DNA of 64,000 nucleotides from NCBI GenBank assembly GCA_050290185.1, contig JBNKHE010000003.1:224001-288000 (forward strand), written 5' to 3'. Source of the DNA: Pontiella sp. (GTDB lineage Bacteria > Verrucomicrobiota > Kiritimatiellia > Kiritimatiellales > Pontiellaceae). Below are positions 31,806 through 42,278 of this stretch, piece by piece. Made by a program: the position numbers and the translations under genes. Position 1 is the stretch's first letter. Each line of letters opens with the position of its first letter. The notes below the pieces were generated by a model. The model had not been told where the DNA came from. It searched no databases and was given only the letters and a program-made list of their open reading frames with translations.

Positions 31806-31922
31806 TCGTTCATCAGGATGCCATTCACGAAAGTCCCGAAGCTTGCTCAAAGGGCGGTTGCGGGTTGGCAAGGGCGGAATGATTACGTATAGTAGAGACC
31901 TTTTAATATATGAGGAGAGGTA

Positions 31923-32339
31923 ATGAGCAAGGAATTGGAAGAAGGATTGGAACTCGCACTGGATTGGAACAAGCTGGAAAAGGCGGTAGAAGGGACGAAG
32001 GGCATCATTCCCGTGGCCGTACAGAATGCCGACACGAAGGAAGTCATTCTGGTGGCCTATATCAACCAGCTGGCGTTCGAGGAATCGCTGAAGCGCAAGA
32101 TGCTGGTGCTCTGGAGTTCGTCGCGTCAGGAACTGTGGGTGAAGGGGCTGACCTCCGGAGAAACCTTTGAACTGATTGAAGCGTACGTAAACTGCGAGCA
32201 AAACTCGCTGCTGTTCATCGTGCGCCCGAACCGCGGCGGCATCTGCCACACCAAGAACAAGAAGGGCGAGCCGCGCAACTGCTACTATCGCAAAATCGAC
32301 CTCGAAAACCCGACCCAGCTCGAAAATGTCGATGAGTAA
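31923..32339 (+). CDS. hisI: Phosphoribosyl-AMP cyclohydrolase
   Basis: GIIPVAVQ, WSSSR.ELWVKG.TSG, NCEQNSLL, ICHT..RNCYY (variant of DCD.D/CHTG..SCF). Confidence 0.88.
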   Translation: MSKELEEGLELALDWNKLEKAVEGTKGIIPVAVQNADTKEVILVAYINQLAFEESLKRKMLVLWSSSRQELWVKGLTSGETFELIEAYVNCEQNSLLFIVRPNRGGICHTKNKKGEPRNCYYRKIDLENPTQLENVDE

Positions 32340-32347
32340 ATAAGCTG

Positions 32348-32400
32348 GTAGTTCCGCCTATAGGCGGTTCTGCAAATATGCCGCCTAAAGGCTGAACCAC
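32348..32400. repeat. Inverted pair of GTAG-type REP sequences (REPIN-like)
   Basis: GTAGTTCCGCCTATAGGCGG then CCGCCTAAAGGCTGAACCAC, a degenerate reverse complement. Confidence 0.75.
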
Positions 32401-32412
32401 GGAAGCTGTCCC

Positions 32413-33870
32413 ATGAAAATAAAGATCAACGACCTGATGCAGCAGAGCGGCGTGAAATTCGGCACCAGCGGGGCACGCGGGCTGGCGGTGGAAATGACCG
32501 ATCAGGTCTGCTACACCTATGCCAAGGGATTTCTCCAGTACCTCGAAGCAAGCGGCGAGCTGAAGAAGCGGGGGGAGTCCGTGGCGATTGCCGGCGATCT
32601 GCGTCCCAGTACCGGCCGCATCATGGGAGCGGTGGCCAGGGCCGCATCTGATATGGGATACGTCCCGGTCAACTGCGGGCGGATTCCTTCGCCGGCGGTG
32701 GCGCTCTACGGCATCGAAAACACCTGTCCGTCTATTATGGTGACCGGCAGCCATATCCCGGCTGACCGCAACGGCATCAAGTTCAATAAATGCACCGGCG
32801 AAATTCTTAAATACGACGAAGAGCAGATCCGCGAAGAGGTGGTCGATGTGGATGAGACCATCTTTGGTGAAGAAGGCTTTGCCTTGCCGGAAGAGAATAT
32901 CGATGCCCGCATCAACTATGTAAACCGCTACCTATGCACGTTTCCCGCCGATTGCCTGCAAGGGAAGAGGATTGGGATTTACCAGCACTCGGCCGTAGGC
33001 CGCGACGTGCTGATCGAAATCTTTTCCGGCCTGGGGGCGGACGTCACCCCGCTGGGGTTTTCCAGCGCGTTTGTGCCCGTGGATACCGAGGCAATCCGCG
33101 AAGAGGATGTGGCGCTCGCTCGCGAGTGGTCGGAGGAAAACAGGTTCGATACGATTGTTTCAACCGATGGTGACAGTGACCGTCCGCTCATCAGCGATGA
33201 GCACGGCGTGTGGCTACGTGGCGATGTGGCCGGGATTCTTGCCGCGAAATATCTAGGCGCTGACTCCATCAGTACGCCGGTCAGTTGCAACTCCGCGGTT
33301 GAAAAATGCGGTTGGTTCAAGGAAGTACGCCGCACGAAGATCGGTTCTCCGTTCGTCGTGGCGTCCATGATTGATGCTTCATTTGCCGGACGCAAGGGCG
33401 TCGTGGGCTACGAAGCCAATGGCGGTTTCCTGACCAACAGTGGTCTGGTCATCGGTGAAAAGGAACTGAGTGCCCTGCCGACACGTGATGCCGTACTCCC
33501 GGTACTGGGCATTATTCTGCTGTCCATCAAGGAAAAGAAAACCATCGCGTCGTTGCTGAAAACATTGCCGCAGCGCTTCACCGCCAGCGGCCGCATTCAG
33601 GGTTTTCCGGCCGATGAGAGTTGCAGGATTATCGATCGGTTCGACGATATTTCCGAAATCGAGGCCGTCTTCGGCGAAGTGTTCGGGCCGGTGGCATCCG
33701 TCGACTTGACCGACGGCCTGCGCGTCACCTTTGAATCTTCGGAGGTCCTGCACATGCGCCCCTCCGGCAATGCTCCCGAATTCCGCTGCTACAACGAGGC
33801 GGACAGCGATGAGCGGGTTCAGGAGATGCAGAAGATCTCGATGGATATTTTGCTGCAGTTGAAGGGGTAG
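32413..33870 (+). CDS. Phosphomannomutase / alpha-D-phosphohexomutase
   Basis: FGTSGARG, VTGSHIP..RNGIK phosphoserine loop, TDGDSDR metal loop, GYEANGG, RPSGNAPE. Confidence 0.93.
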   Translation: MKIKINDLMQQSGVKFGTSGARGLAVEMTDQVCYTYAKGFLQYLEASGELKKRGESVAIAGDLRPSTGRIMGAVARAASDMGYVPVNCGRIPSPAVALYGIENTCPSIMVTGSHIPADRNGIKFNKCTGEILKYDEEQIREEVVDVDETIFGEEGFALPEENIDARINYVNRYLCTFPADCLQGKRIGIYQHSAVGRDVLIEIFSGLGADVTPLGFSSAFVPVDTEAIREEDVALAREWSEENRFDTIVSTDGDSDRPLISDEHGVWLRGDVAGILAAKYLGADSISTPVSCNSAVEKCGWFKEVRRTKIGSPFVVASMIDASFAGRKGVVGYEANGGFLTNSGLVIGEKELSALPTRDAVLPVLGIILLSIKEKKTIASLLKTLPQRFTASGRIQGFPADESCRIIDRFDDISEIEAVFGEVFGPVASVDLTDGLRVTFESSEVLHMRPSGNAPEFRCYNEADSDERVQEMQKISMDILLQLKG

Positions 33871-33947
33871 GGTTACTACCCCGCACCCGGGAAGCGCTGC
33901 CGGATGGTTGAAGGATTCCGACACTAGACATCGCACTGGTCGACGGT

Positions 33948-36900
33948 TCAATTCTCTTCGGCCGGGATATGTACGTTGACGCTGTAATATCCCGAAGAAG
34001 TGGCCGCATGTACGCGATCGGTCTGGCTGTTGATCGGATAGGAGATGGCCTGTTCAAGGAGCTGAAACCCCTGCGTTAGAGTCGGCGCCCAACGCACGTC
34101 GTAGACCCTGCCTTCAACGGCATCCCAATGGATAACAAATCCATCGGGAAGCGGTTCGAGTTCTGCTGCAAATCGAGATGCGGCATTGGTCGGGTCGGTT
34201 CCGGCAATATACTCTTCGATATTGCTTTGGCCGTCGCCATCGGTATCGAATCCGGCAATGGCGGCGATCGGATGCCGGAAGAATTCGGACTCCCAGATGT
34301 CGGACAGTCCATCACCGTCGTAATCGGTGTCGGAGGGCATGTGCACTTTGACGATGTAATAACCGGCGGTGGAGGCTGAATGCACGGAGTCGGTATAGCT
34401 GTTGACCGGATAGGGGATGGCGGGCTCCTGAATCCGGAAGGGCAGCATCAGGTCCGATGACCAAAGTACATCGTAGCTTCGCCCTTCGACCGGATCCCAG
34501 CGGACGATAAATCCTTCTGGCAACTGCTCGTCTAACGTCGTAGCAAAGTGTGACGCCGCATTGGTTGGATCCATGCCCGTGATATATTCCTGCCAGTTGT
34601 TTTGCCCGTCGTGGTCGGTATCGTTCGTGGCGACGCAATTGGTGGGCGATCCGAAAAAGGCGGTTTCCCACGCGTCGGGTATTCCGTCGCCATCCGCATC
34701 GGGGTTCACCGCAATATCGAACGGATTGCTTTCTCCTGTGTGGCTGCCGTCGTCCGCATGCAACACCACATTTGACGCGCCCACGTTGCCCGTTATCACG
34801 CCCGACCAGATTCCATCCACAAAACCACCGGTAGCACTGGGCGAGATTGCAATGCTGTTATCGAGCGCGCGGCCCAGTCGCACGTTAGGAGTCCTGGTGC
34901 TGCGGTTGGGGTACGGATTGGAAGTTCCTGTCCAGTTCAACGGGTTGCCATATCCGCTGTCGGTTCTGTAATACGCGGACCGGTAGGACCCGGTATCGGT
35001 CGAAAAGCAGTAGCCGTCATACGTATAGCTACTGTTGTTGTGGCTGAAATCGATCATCAGATTGTCCGTTCCATTGTACTCAAACGGGGTATCAAATTCG
35101 AACACCGTCCAGCCGTTGGAAGAAATCGTGGTATTGTGCTGATATACCGTTGTCCACGTGGATTCCCATTTCGAAGGATAGACATAGCTATCGAGCGGGG
35201 TATGGCGCATGCGGATGGTCCAGTTGCCGAGCATCTGCCCAGGGACGGAACTCACATTGAGTGCCAGCGAGGTGATGCTGCATGCGTCGCCGAGTTCATT
35301 CTGAAGATAGATGACCTGCGTGCGGGCGTCATGATAGACGGTAGACATGGGGTAATTCCACGGTGATGTTCCGGAACCGATGTTGATTCCCGTGGGATCC
35401 AGGTCGGCATCCGCCCCTGAAAGCGTGACCGAATTCGTGAACGACGGTACGATGGCATTGAATTGATCCCGGGCGCTGATCGATACATTGAAGGGCTGAT
35501 TCATCCATTGCTCCGTTCCGATCGGTTCCCATGAAAAATGATCGAGCGTCTGCTCGTAGAGCTCCAGGACAACCTGGATGGTTTGCGGGGAGTTAAATGC
35601 CTCGTCGTCGGCGATGGTCACTTGTCCGGTATAGGTTCCCGCTGCCAGGCCGGTGGCGTCATAGGTCAGAGTGATGTTGTCTTCTGCGCCCGTACTCGTC
35701 CCGCTTGACGGCGATGCCGAAAGCCACGGGACGTCGGTTGTGATGGAGTAGTTCAGGTTGGAGAGTGCGGAGTTCCAAATCCGGAAGGAGGATTCGATCG
35801 AATCCTGTCCAATAAACGCCAATTTGTGGATGGTTGTTTCGGATAGCGCGATGCCGGACGTGAACGGGACTTCCCAGTTGGAGAGGCCGGTGCGGATAAG
35901 CGGATGACCGCCTCCGTCGGCGCTTGTTGGCCAGGGTGCTTGGTCAAAATAGAAGAGTTCATCCACCACCACCCATGAAATTTCGAGCGGTTTGAGCGGA
36001 TCGTCGGAGTCCTGCGGCCGTTCCAGCGCGACGCGTTCGCTGCGGTTGGAGAGTTCGCCTTTATACGGGCCATAGACCGGATCCGATCCGCCCAGTCCAT
36101 AGGTGGTGCGGAACTGCGAAAGCAATTCGGCGTCGACGACCGGGTCGAACGAGACCAGCCAGAGTTTATTGCTTGCCGCAAGCGATAGGCCTGCGGGGAA
36201 CGTGTAGGAAATCCCGCCGTCGATGCGGTAGGGGCCGGTCGCATTCTCCAGCGGTGCGGTTTCCGTGCCGGTGTTTTCGATCTGTATGTATTCCATTTCA
36301 TCGCCGGCCGGCGGCAGCGGGTGGTACATCAGCTCGCTGATCTGCAGGGTGGATGCCGCCGGCAGGTTTGAACTCACCGGCGTCGGCGTGGTGGTGATCC
36401 AGTCGGAGGCACCATCGGGATAGCGACCGATCGAGGAGCCGTTTTCTTGTCCTTTAAAGCGGATGGCGTCCACCACGCGCCCGGGTGCGGACAGGACGAC
36501 CTGCTCCCCGGCCTTGTCGAGGCCGAATCCAGTCACCCGGTCGGGATGGAAATCGTCTTCATCAAACTCGCTAAATCCAAATGCAGGGACGATCGTGCCG
36601 TTGGGAATCGGCCATTTGTTCGGCTCGTTCAGATCATCGCTTAAATACCAGCCGTTGAGCGTAACGGGAGAGGCGGTCGGATTGAACAGCTCGATCCGAT
36701 CGTTTGAATCAAACGGCGGCGCGAGTCCGGTATCGGTATGGGCCGTGATTTCGTTGAGCAGCACGGTGGGGGCTGCAACGGGATCGGCTTGCCCGGGCGA
36801 TCCGTTGATGTAGGTGCTTGCCCGCCAGTTTCCACCATAATCGAGCGATCCCTGTTCCTCTGTGCCGATGGCCGAATCCCGCGGCACGAGCGAATGCCCG

Positions 36901-39680
36901 GATCCATCGGCCGCCTGCGGCCAGTTGCGCGCGTCCGAATAAGTGAACGAAACCAGATCGTGGCCATGGAATTCAAGGTCGACCGTTTCTCCGCTGTTGT
37001 CCAAATCGCCGCTGTATTCCCCCGCGATATTCATTCCGTTGGTGTCGTAGATGGAGCTGAAAGCGGCGATGTCCTTGACCACCACCAGGTATTCATTCGG
37101 GGCCAGCAAGCCGTCCTTGAATTTAAAATCGATGGCGTTGTCCAGCTTGTAGCCGGCGAGTAGTACGGTCTGGGTGGACACATTCTGGATTTCGACAAAG
37201 TCGTTCGAATTACCGCCGGACGCGTGATACATCAGCTCAGTAACCGCCAGCGGAGCCTCCGGCAACCAGAAAGTATCTTCCGCGAGCGCGCTCCATTCGC
37301 CGCTGGGCAGCAGGGCGCGGGCCTTGAGTTTCGTTGGTTCATGAATAACCATCGGATCGGTGTAGCGCGATCCGGCAATATTTCCGCCGATGGCACGTGG
37401 ATCGCGGCCATCGGTGGTGTAGTAGATCATGCCTTGCGCGGCTGTCAGGCTGACTACGGTTCCATCATCAACGGGTCCGCCAGAACGACTGATTTGCGGC
37501 GGGGCGATGGACGGAAGAAGACCGTCGGCGTTCAGATATCCAATGACCGCGTCCACCCGTCCGGAAAAGAATGCTCGTGCCGAGGCGGCGGCGGTCAGCC
37601 AGGTATTGCGATCCAGGCTGGTGCTGCCCCAGCGCGCGGCGTTGGCGATGATGGCCCGGTCGATTTGCGCCTGCCGGAAGTCGAGCCGCGCTTCGCAATT
37701 CGTCTGGGTCAGGGCTCCATTGTTCTGGAAATGCTTGTATACGTGGTCGGCGAAAAGGATACGGTATTCGGCATTGGTTAGCAGTTTTTCATGGAGGGTT
37801 TGCGGGTTGAAATACTGCGGATCTTGAAGATGTTCATCCGTATAGGGGCCGGTACGGTCGAGCTTTGTCGAAGTGTCGAGCGCGTGTTCGCAGTCGTGTT
37901 GGATCCACTTGAAGCCATCGGGATTCGCGCGGTTGTATACCGCATACAGATTATTCAACGTGTGCCCGAGGAATTCGGTGATGCCGTTATCCGAAGCGCC
38001 CGTGTAGTAGATCAATAGCAGGTAGTCGATCAGGTTGTCGACATCCAGTAGCTTTTCCTTCGTTGGATCCAGCTGTCCACTGGTATCCATCCCTTGGACG
38101 GAAAAATAATCGGCGTTTTCCGAAAATCCATTCTGGGCCGCGTTGTAAAGTCGATTGTAGGCGTCGAGGGTTCCGTCGGTTGCTTCCACCACATAGCTGG
38201 GGGTATCGGCCCATGAAGTGCTCTTGACCACGTCGTAGTCTTCCGGACTCCCGCCAAAATAGGAGGCTCCATAGCTGGCTTCCGGGCGCTCCTCCGTCAT
38301 GTAGATACCCCAGTATTTTCCGTTGAGATAGAGGTGGTAGTAGCGGCTGCGGGTATACGCCACATCCATCGCTCCCGCCGAGTCGCGGGTAAAGACATCC
38401 CGCAGGAACGTGTTTTTTTCCTGGTGATCTACCGGGAGGGTCCAGTTGTAGTTGATCGCGGTTCGAAGATCCATGTTGTCGAAGGTGTCGACCCCTTCAT
38501 TTTCGAATAGGGGAAAGTGTAGCTTCCCCGCGCCGTATTCCTTTTTGAAAAATAGCCGTAAACCATGTTTTGCATATCCGTTGTGGCGGCTCCAGCCCCC
38601 GCGGATGCGCAGTCCGGCGTTGGATTGGAATCCTTCGCTGCCATCGGGGTTGATCAGCTCCACCGAGGCGGGGACTTCCCAGCGCTGGACGGGGTTTACA
38701 TAAATACCGGATGAAACGCTGTACAAGTTGTCGTCATCGGTGACCACCGACAAGGTGGGGATGTCCAGGAGTGCATCCTCGACCGTGCAGATCTGGCCCA
38801 ATGCGTCATGGTACGTATTGCTGAGCACGCCCGCATCCATGCCCGTAATGATCGGGTTGTTGTTGATCGTGGTCTCGGTGCGGGACTCAGCCACAATCTC
38901 ATCCAGGAAAATATAGGTATGGGTACTGGAGAACGAGGGGTGCCATCCGTTCAGAAACGCCTTGGTACGTAGGGCGGTGGTTGAGGAGATGGTCAGCGGT
39001 CCGGAATAGACCGGACTGGTTTCCGTGGGCTCGGATCCATCGAGGGTGTAGCGGATCGTGGCGCCGGCGGTAATATTGGAAACGGTGGCCTGGAATGCGG
39101 AATCATAAAAACCATGTTCAGGGGTCGTTACCGGGGTTTCGACATACCCAATGTAATCGATGGTGGAATTGGTCAGCCCCGGGGAAGGGGTGGTCAGCAG
39201 GCCAACGCTGGATGTGTCGATCGTTCCATTGGTGAAGGCATAGCCGTAGGAGATATCTTCTTGGATCGCAGGGAAGGGCAGTTCGTGTTCGACCGTGGTT
39301 CCATCAGGCATGACCAGTGCGAGGTATTCACCGGAAGCGCTCAGCTTAAAATTTGTGTGCAGTTCCGAGCCCGCAACGGCGCGGTTTTTACCGGACACAA
39401 AGATGATCAAGAATCCCTTGGCGGCAATGTTGGTGGAGGGGAAGCTCCATTGGGTCAAATCGGTGTCATCGTCGGTCAGATACCAGCCATCGAGGTCGAC
39501 CGGGCTATCGGACGTGTTGTACAGCTCAAGCCAATCGGATGCGCTGCCATCCTCATCCTGCAGTGTGCTCCCGTTGTCCGCCATGATCTCGCTGATTCGG
39601 AGGGTCTGACCGTAGCTGGTAAAAACCAGCGTGCACACGACCCATCCGGCGCATATTAACGACTTCATTAGGTTTGTCAT
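33948..39680 (-). CDS. Large secreted protein with lamin-tail domains, CotH kinase domain, Fn3-associated/chitobiase-like domains and C-terminal D.DGDG repeats
   Basis: Signal peptide; ISEIMADN..DWLELYN; IRYTLDGSEP; GLRIRGGWSR, HLYLNGKYWGIY; three more (T/N/S)E(L/I) lamin-tail starts; PWLS.SP.SG; two D.DGDG.(P/S)D.WE units. Confidence 0.88.
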   Translation of the reverse strand: MTNLMKSLICAGWVVCTLVFTSYGQTLRISEIMADNGSTLQDEDGSASDWLELYNTSDSPVDLDGWYLTDDDTDLTQWSFPSTNIAAKGFLIIFVSGKNRAVAGSELHTNFKLSASGEYLALVMPDGTTVEHELPFPAIQEDISYGYAFTNGTIDTSSVGLLTTPSPGLTNSTIDYIGYVETPVTTPEHGFYDSAFQATVSNITAGATIRYTLDGSEPTETSPVYSGPLTISSTTALRTKAFLNGWHPSFSSTHTYIFLDEIVAESRTETTINNNPIITGMDAGVLSNTYHDALGQICTVEDALLDIPTLSVVTDDDNLYSVSSGIYVNPVQRWEVPASVELINPDGSEGFQSNAGLRIRGGWSRHNGYAKHGLRLFFKKEYGAGKLHFPLFENEGVDTFDNMDLRTAINYNWTLPVDHQEKNTFLRDVFTRDSAGAMDVAYTRSRYYHLYLNGKYWGIYMTEERPEASYGASYFGGSPEDYDVVKSTSWADTPSYVVEATDGTLDAYNRLYNAAQNGFSENADYFSVQGMDTSGQLDPTKEKLLDVDNLIDYLLLIYYTGASDNGITEFLGHTLNNLYAVYNRANPDGFKWIQHDCEHALDTSTKLDRTGPYTDEHLQDPQYFNPQTLHEKLLTNAEYRILFADHVYKHFQNNGALTQTNCEARLDFRQAQIDRAIIANAARWGSTSLDRNTWLTAAASARAFFSGRVDAVIGYLNADGLLPSIAPPQISRSGGPVDDGTVVSLTAAQGMIYYTTDGRDPRAIGGNIAGSRYTDPMVIHEPTKLKARALLPSGEWSALAEDTFWLPEAPLAVTELMYHASGGNSNDFVEIQNVSTQTVLLAGYKLDNAIDFKFKDGLLAPNEYLVVVKDIAAFSSIYDTNGMNIAGEYSGDLDNSGETVDLEFHGHDLVSFTYSDARNWPQAADGSGHSLVPRDSAIGTEEQGSLDYGGNWRASTYINGSPGQADPVAAPTVLLNEITAHTDTGLAPPFDSNDRIELFNPTASPVTLNGWYLSDDLNEPNKWPIPNGTIVPAFGFSEFDEDDFHPDRVTGFGLDKAGEQVVLSAPGRVVDAIRFKGQENGSSIGRYPDGASDWITTTPTPVSSNLPAASTLQISELMYHPLPPAGDEMEYIQIENTGTETAPLENATGPYRIDGGISYTFPAGLSLAASNKLWLVSFDPVVDAELLSQFRTTYGLGGSDPVYGPYKGELSNRSERVALERPQDSDDPLKPLEISWVVVDELFYFDQAPWPTSADGGGHPLIRTGLSNWEVPFTSGIALSETTIHKLAFIGQDSIESSFRIWNSALSNLNYSITTDVPWLSASPSSGTSTGAEDNITLTYDATGLAAGTYTGQVTIADDEAFNSPQTIQVVLELYEQTLDHFSWEPIGTEQWMNQPFNVSISARDQFNAIVPSFTNSVTLSGADADLDPTGINIGSGTSPWNYPMSTVYHDARTQVIYLQNELGDACSITSLALNVSSVPGQMLGNWTIRMRHTPLDSYVYPSKWESTWTTVYQHNTTISSNGWTVFEFDTPFEYNGTDNLMIDFSHNNSSYTYDGYCFSTDTGSYRSAYYRTDSGYGNPLNWTGTSNPYPNRSTRTPNVRLGRALDNSIAISPSATGGFVDGIWSGVITGNVGASNVVLHADDGSHTGESNPFDIAVNPDADGDGIPDAWETAFFGSPTNCVATNDTDHDGQNNWQEYITGMDPTNAASHFATTLDEQLPEGFIVRWDPVEGRSYDVLWSSDLMLPFRIQEPAIPYPVNSYTDSVHSASTAGYYIVKVHMPSDTDYDGDGLSDIWESEFFRHPIAAIAGFDTDGDGQSNIEEYIAGTDPTNAASRFAAELEPLPDGFVIHWDAVEGRVYDVRWAPTLTQGFQLLEQAISYPINSQTDRVHAATSSGYYSVNVHIPAEEN

Positions 39681-40120
39681 AGTAGGTATCCACTCCCCGC
39701 ATATTAAAACTAATATATAACCGACATAACAAAAGAAGGGCGACTTATTCCTAAGGTTTATTTGTTGTTTGATGATGATGCCGGAAAGGAATATTCATGC
39801 AGTGCCCAGTGATTCTACAGTTCGCTTCTTTGGATCCCCAGGTTGACGTGCGGTACGAAGCCATAAGCGCGCAGCTGGTTCTGGTCATACTTGATTTGCG
39901 TTTAACCCGTAATATCAAAACGGTTTTGCAACATGCGATTCGGTCATGTTCGAAGAAGGAGCCTGCGGGGAAGAGGAGTGTCCCTTAGACGGATTGGCAC
40001 TCGGGCCCCTCAGAATCCTTGAGTGTGGGATTTACGCATAACCGGATGACTCGTTGAGCATTTTTAGTTGCGTAGCATCGCGTAAAAGCTACCATTCATT
40101 TTTTAACCACGAGATGAATC

Positions 40121-41653
40121 ATGGCAGTTGTACCCAATAGACAAACATTTCTGGAGCAGGCAAAGAAGGGGAACCTGGTGCCGGTATGGAAGGAAGTCCT
40201 GGCCGACCAAGAGACTCCGGTTTCGGCCTATAAACGCGTGCGCAAGTTTTTGCGTGAGCGCGATCAGGCGTCGCATACCTACCTGCTGGAATCGGTGGAA
40301 GGCGGCGAAAAAATCGGTCGCTATTCCTTCATCGGCGGGACTCCGCGAACGATTATCCGCGCCTATGGATGCCGGGTTGAGATCGATCATCTCGATGGTG
40401 AACCATGGGTCATCGAAGATATCGATCCTTTGGATGCCTTGAAGACATACATGTCTAAATTCAATCCCGTGACGACGGATCCTTCGCTTCCTCGTTTTAT
40501 CGGCGGCGCAGTCGGCTTCCTCGGCTACGACGTGGTCTCTCGGTTTGAGCCGCGGATTCCAATTATTGGAAACGACGAGATCGGCAATCCCGACATGGTG
40601 TTTATGGTGACCGATGGCCTGATTGTGTTCGATCGTGTGAACCACAATCTGAAGATTGTTGCCAACGCGCACATTGATGGCGACCCGAACGATGCCTATG
40701 ATAAAGCGCTGGCGCAAATTGATGAGTTGACCGAAGCACTGCAGACGTCGGTGGGGCGCGTACTGATTGATACACACACTGAAGTACAGCCGCTTGAACC
40801 GAAGTCGAATACCTCGAAAGAAGAATTTCTCGATATGGTCGAAAAGACCCAGGAATACATTCGTTCCGGCGATGTGATCCAGACCGTGATTTCCCAACGC
40901 TTCGAGGTGGAAAATGAAGCTGACTCTCTCGATGTTTACCGGGCGCTGCGAGCGATCAATCCCTCTCCGTACATGTTCTGTCTCGATATGGGTGAGAGCG
41001 CCATTGTCGGCACGTCACCGGAAATCCTGGTGCGCTGCGAAGATAAAAAGGTGGAGGTGCGGCCCATTGCCGGAACACGCCCGCGGGGTAAAACGCCCGA
41101 AGAGGATCTTGCCCTGGAAAAAGATCTCCTGGCCGATCCGAAAGAGCGCGCGGAGCACATCATGCTGGTGGATCTGGGGCGCAACGATATTGGCCGCGTC
41201 TGTAACTTTAATTCCATTGAAGTACCCGATCTGATGGTGATCGAGCGTTACAGCCATGTGATGCATATTGTTTCCGACGTTATAGGGGATCTCGCTCCCG
41301 GGCACGATGAATATGATTTGGTTCGCGCCTGCTTCCCGGCCGGTACCGTGAGCGGTGCTCCGAAGATCCGGGCCATGGAAATCATCGCCGAGTTGGAAAA
41401 AAGCAAGCGCGGCCCCTATGCGGGCGCGGTAGGCTATTTCAACTATAACGGAAACTTTGATTCCGCCATCACCATTCGCACAGTCATCCTCGATAAGAAC
41501 AAGGCCTACGTTCAGGCCGGTGCGGGTATCGTTGCCGATTCCGTGCCGATTAACGAATACGAGGAAACACGCAACAAAGCCCGCGGCATGATGAAGGCGC
41601 TGGCCCTTGCCAAGCACTACCACGCCGCCCGGACGGCAGGAGAGAAATCATGA
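40121..41653 (+). CDS. trpE: Anthranilate synthase component I
   Basis: [70 protein letters not shown]. Confidence 0.96.
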   Translation: MAVVPNRQTFLEQAKKGNLVPVWKEVLADQETPVSAYKRVRKFLRERDQASHTYLLESVEGGEKIGRYSFIGGTPRTIIRAYGCRVEIDHLDGEPWVIEDIDPLDALKTYMSKFNPVTTDPSLPRFIGGAVGFLGYDVVSRFEPRIPIIGNDEIGNPDMVFMVTDGLIVFDRVNHNLKIVANAHIDGDPNDAYDKALAQIDELTEALQTSVGRVLIDTHTEVQPLEPKSNTSKEEFLDMVEKTQEYIRSGDVIQTVISQRFEVENEADSLDVYRALRAINPSPYMFCLDMGESAIVGTSPEILVRCEDKKVEVRPIAGTRPRGKTPEEDLALEKDLLADPKERAEHIMLVDLGRNDIGRVCNFNSIEVPDLMVIERYSHVMHIVSDVIGDLAPGHDEYDLVRACFPAGTVSGAPKIRAMEIIAELEKSKRGPYAGAVGYFNYNGNFDSAITIRTVILDKNKAYVQAGAGIVADSVPINEYEETRNKARGMMKALALAKHYHAARTAGEKS

Positions 41654-42213
41654 TTTTGGTTATCGATAACTACGATTCGTTCACCTTCAACCTCGTGCAG
41701 TATCTGGGCGAGCTGGGTGCTGAAATGAAGATCTTTCGTAACGATAAGATCTCGATAGAGGAAGCGGTGGCGCTAAAGCCGGAAAAAATATTGGTGAGTC
41801 CGGGGCCCTGCACCCCGAAAGAGGCGGGCGTCTCATGCGATATAATTCGTGAATTCGGACCGCGCCTTCCTGTATTTGGTGTATGCCTTGGGCACCAGTC
41901 CATCGGGGATGTGTATGGCGGGAACGTGATCCGTGCAGACCGTCTGATGCACGGGAAAACATCTCCTATCCTGCACGAAGGCCAAAGCGTGTTCAAAGGG
42001 CTGCCGAGTCCGTTTGATGCAACCCGCTACCATTCGCTCATTATCGAGCGCGCGACGATTCCGGATTGTTTGGAAATCACGGCGTGGACCGCCGAAGGTG
42101 AGATTATGGGGATCCGGCACAAAGAGCATCCGGTGCACGGTGTACAGTTCCATCCGGAATCGATCCTGACCGTTGAAGGTAAGAAGCTGCTGCAGAACTT
42201 TTTGGATTTATGA
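41650..42213 (+). CDS. trpG: Anthranilate synthase component II (glutamine amidotransferase)
   Basis: [40 protein letters not shown] overlap with trpE. Confidence 0.96.
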   Translation: MILVIDNYDSFTFNLVQYLGELGAEMKIFRNDKISIEEAVALKPEKILVSPGPCTPKEAGVSCDIIREFGPRLPVFGVCLGHQSIGDVYGGNVIRADRLMHGKTSPILHEGQSVFKGLPSPFDATRYHSLIIERATIPDCLEITAWTAEGEIMGIRHKEHPVHGVQFHPESILTVEGKKLLQNFLDL

Positions 42214-42278
42214 GTGAACAGTGACGGCTGGTCCGTTGTTTTCCTTTGAAAGAAGCGCGGGCAAAACCGTTTCATCCC

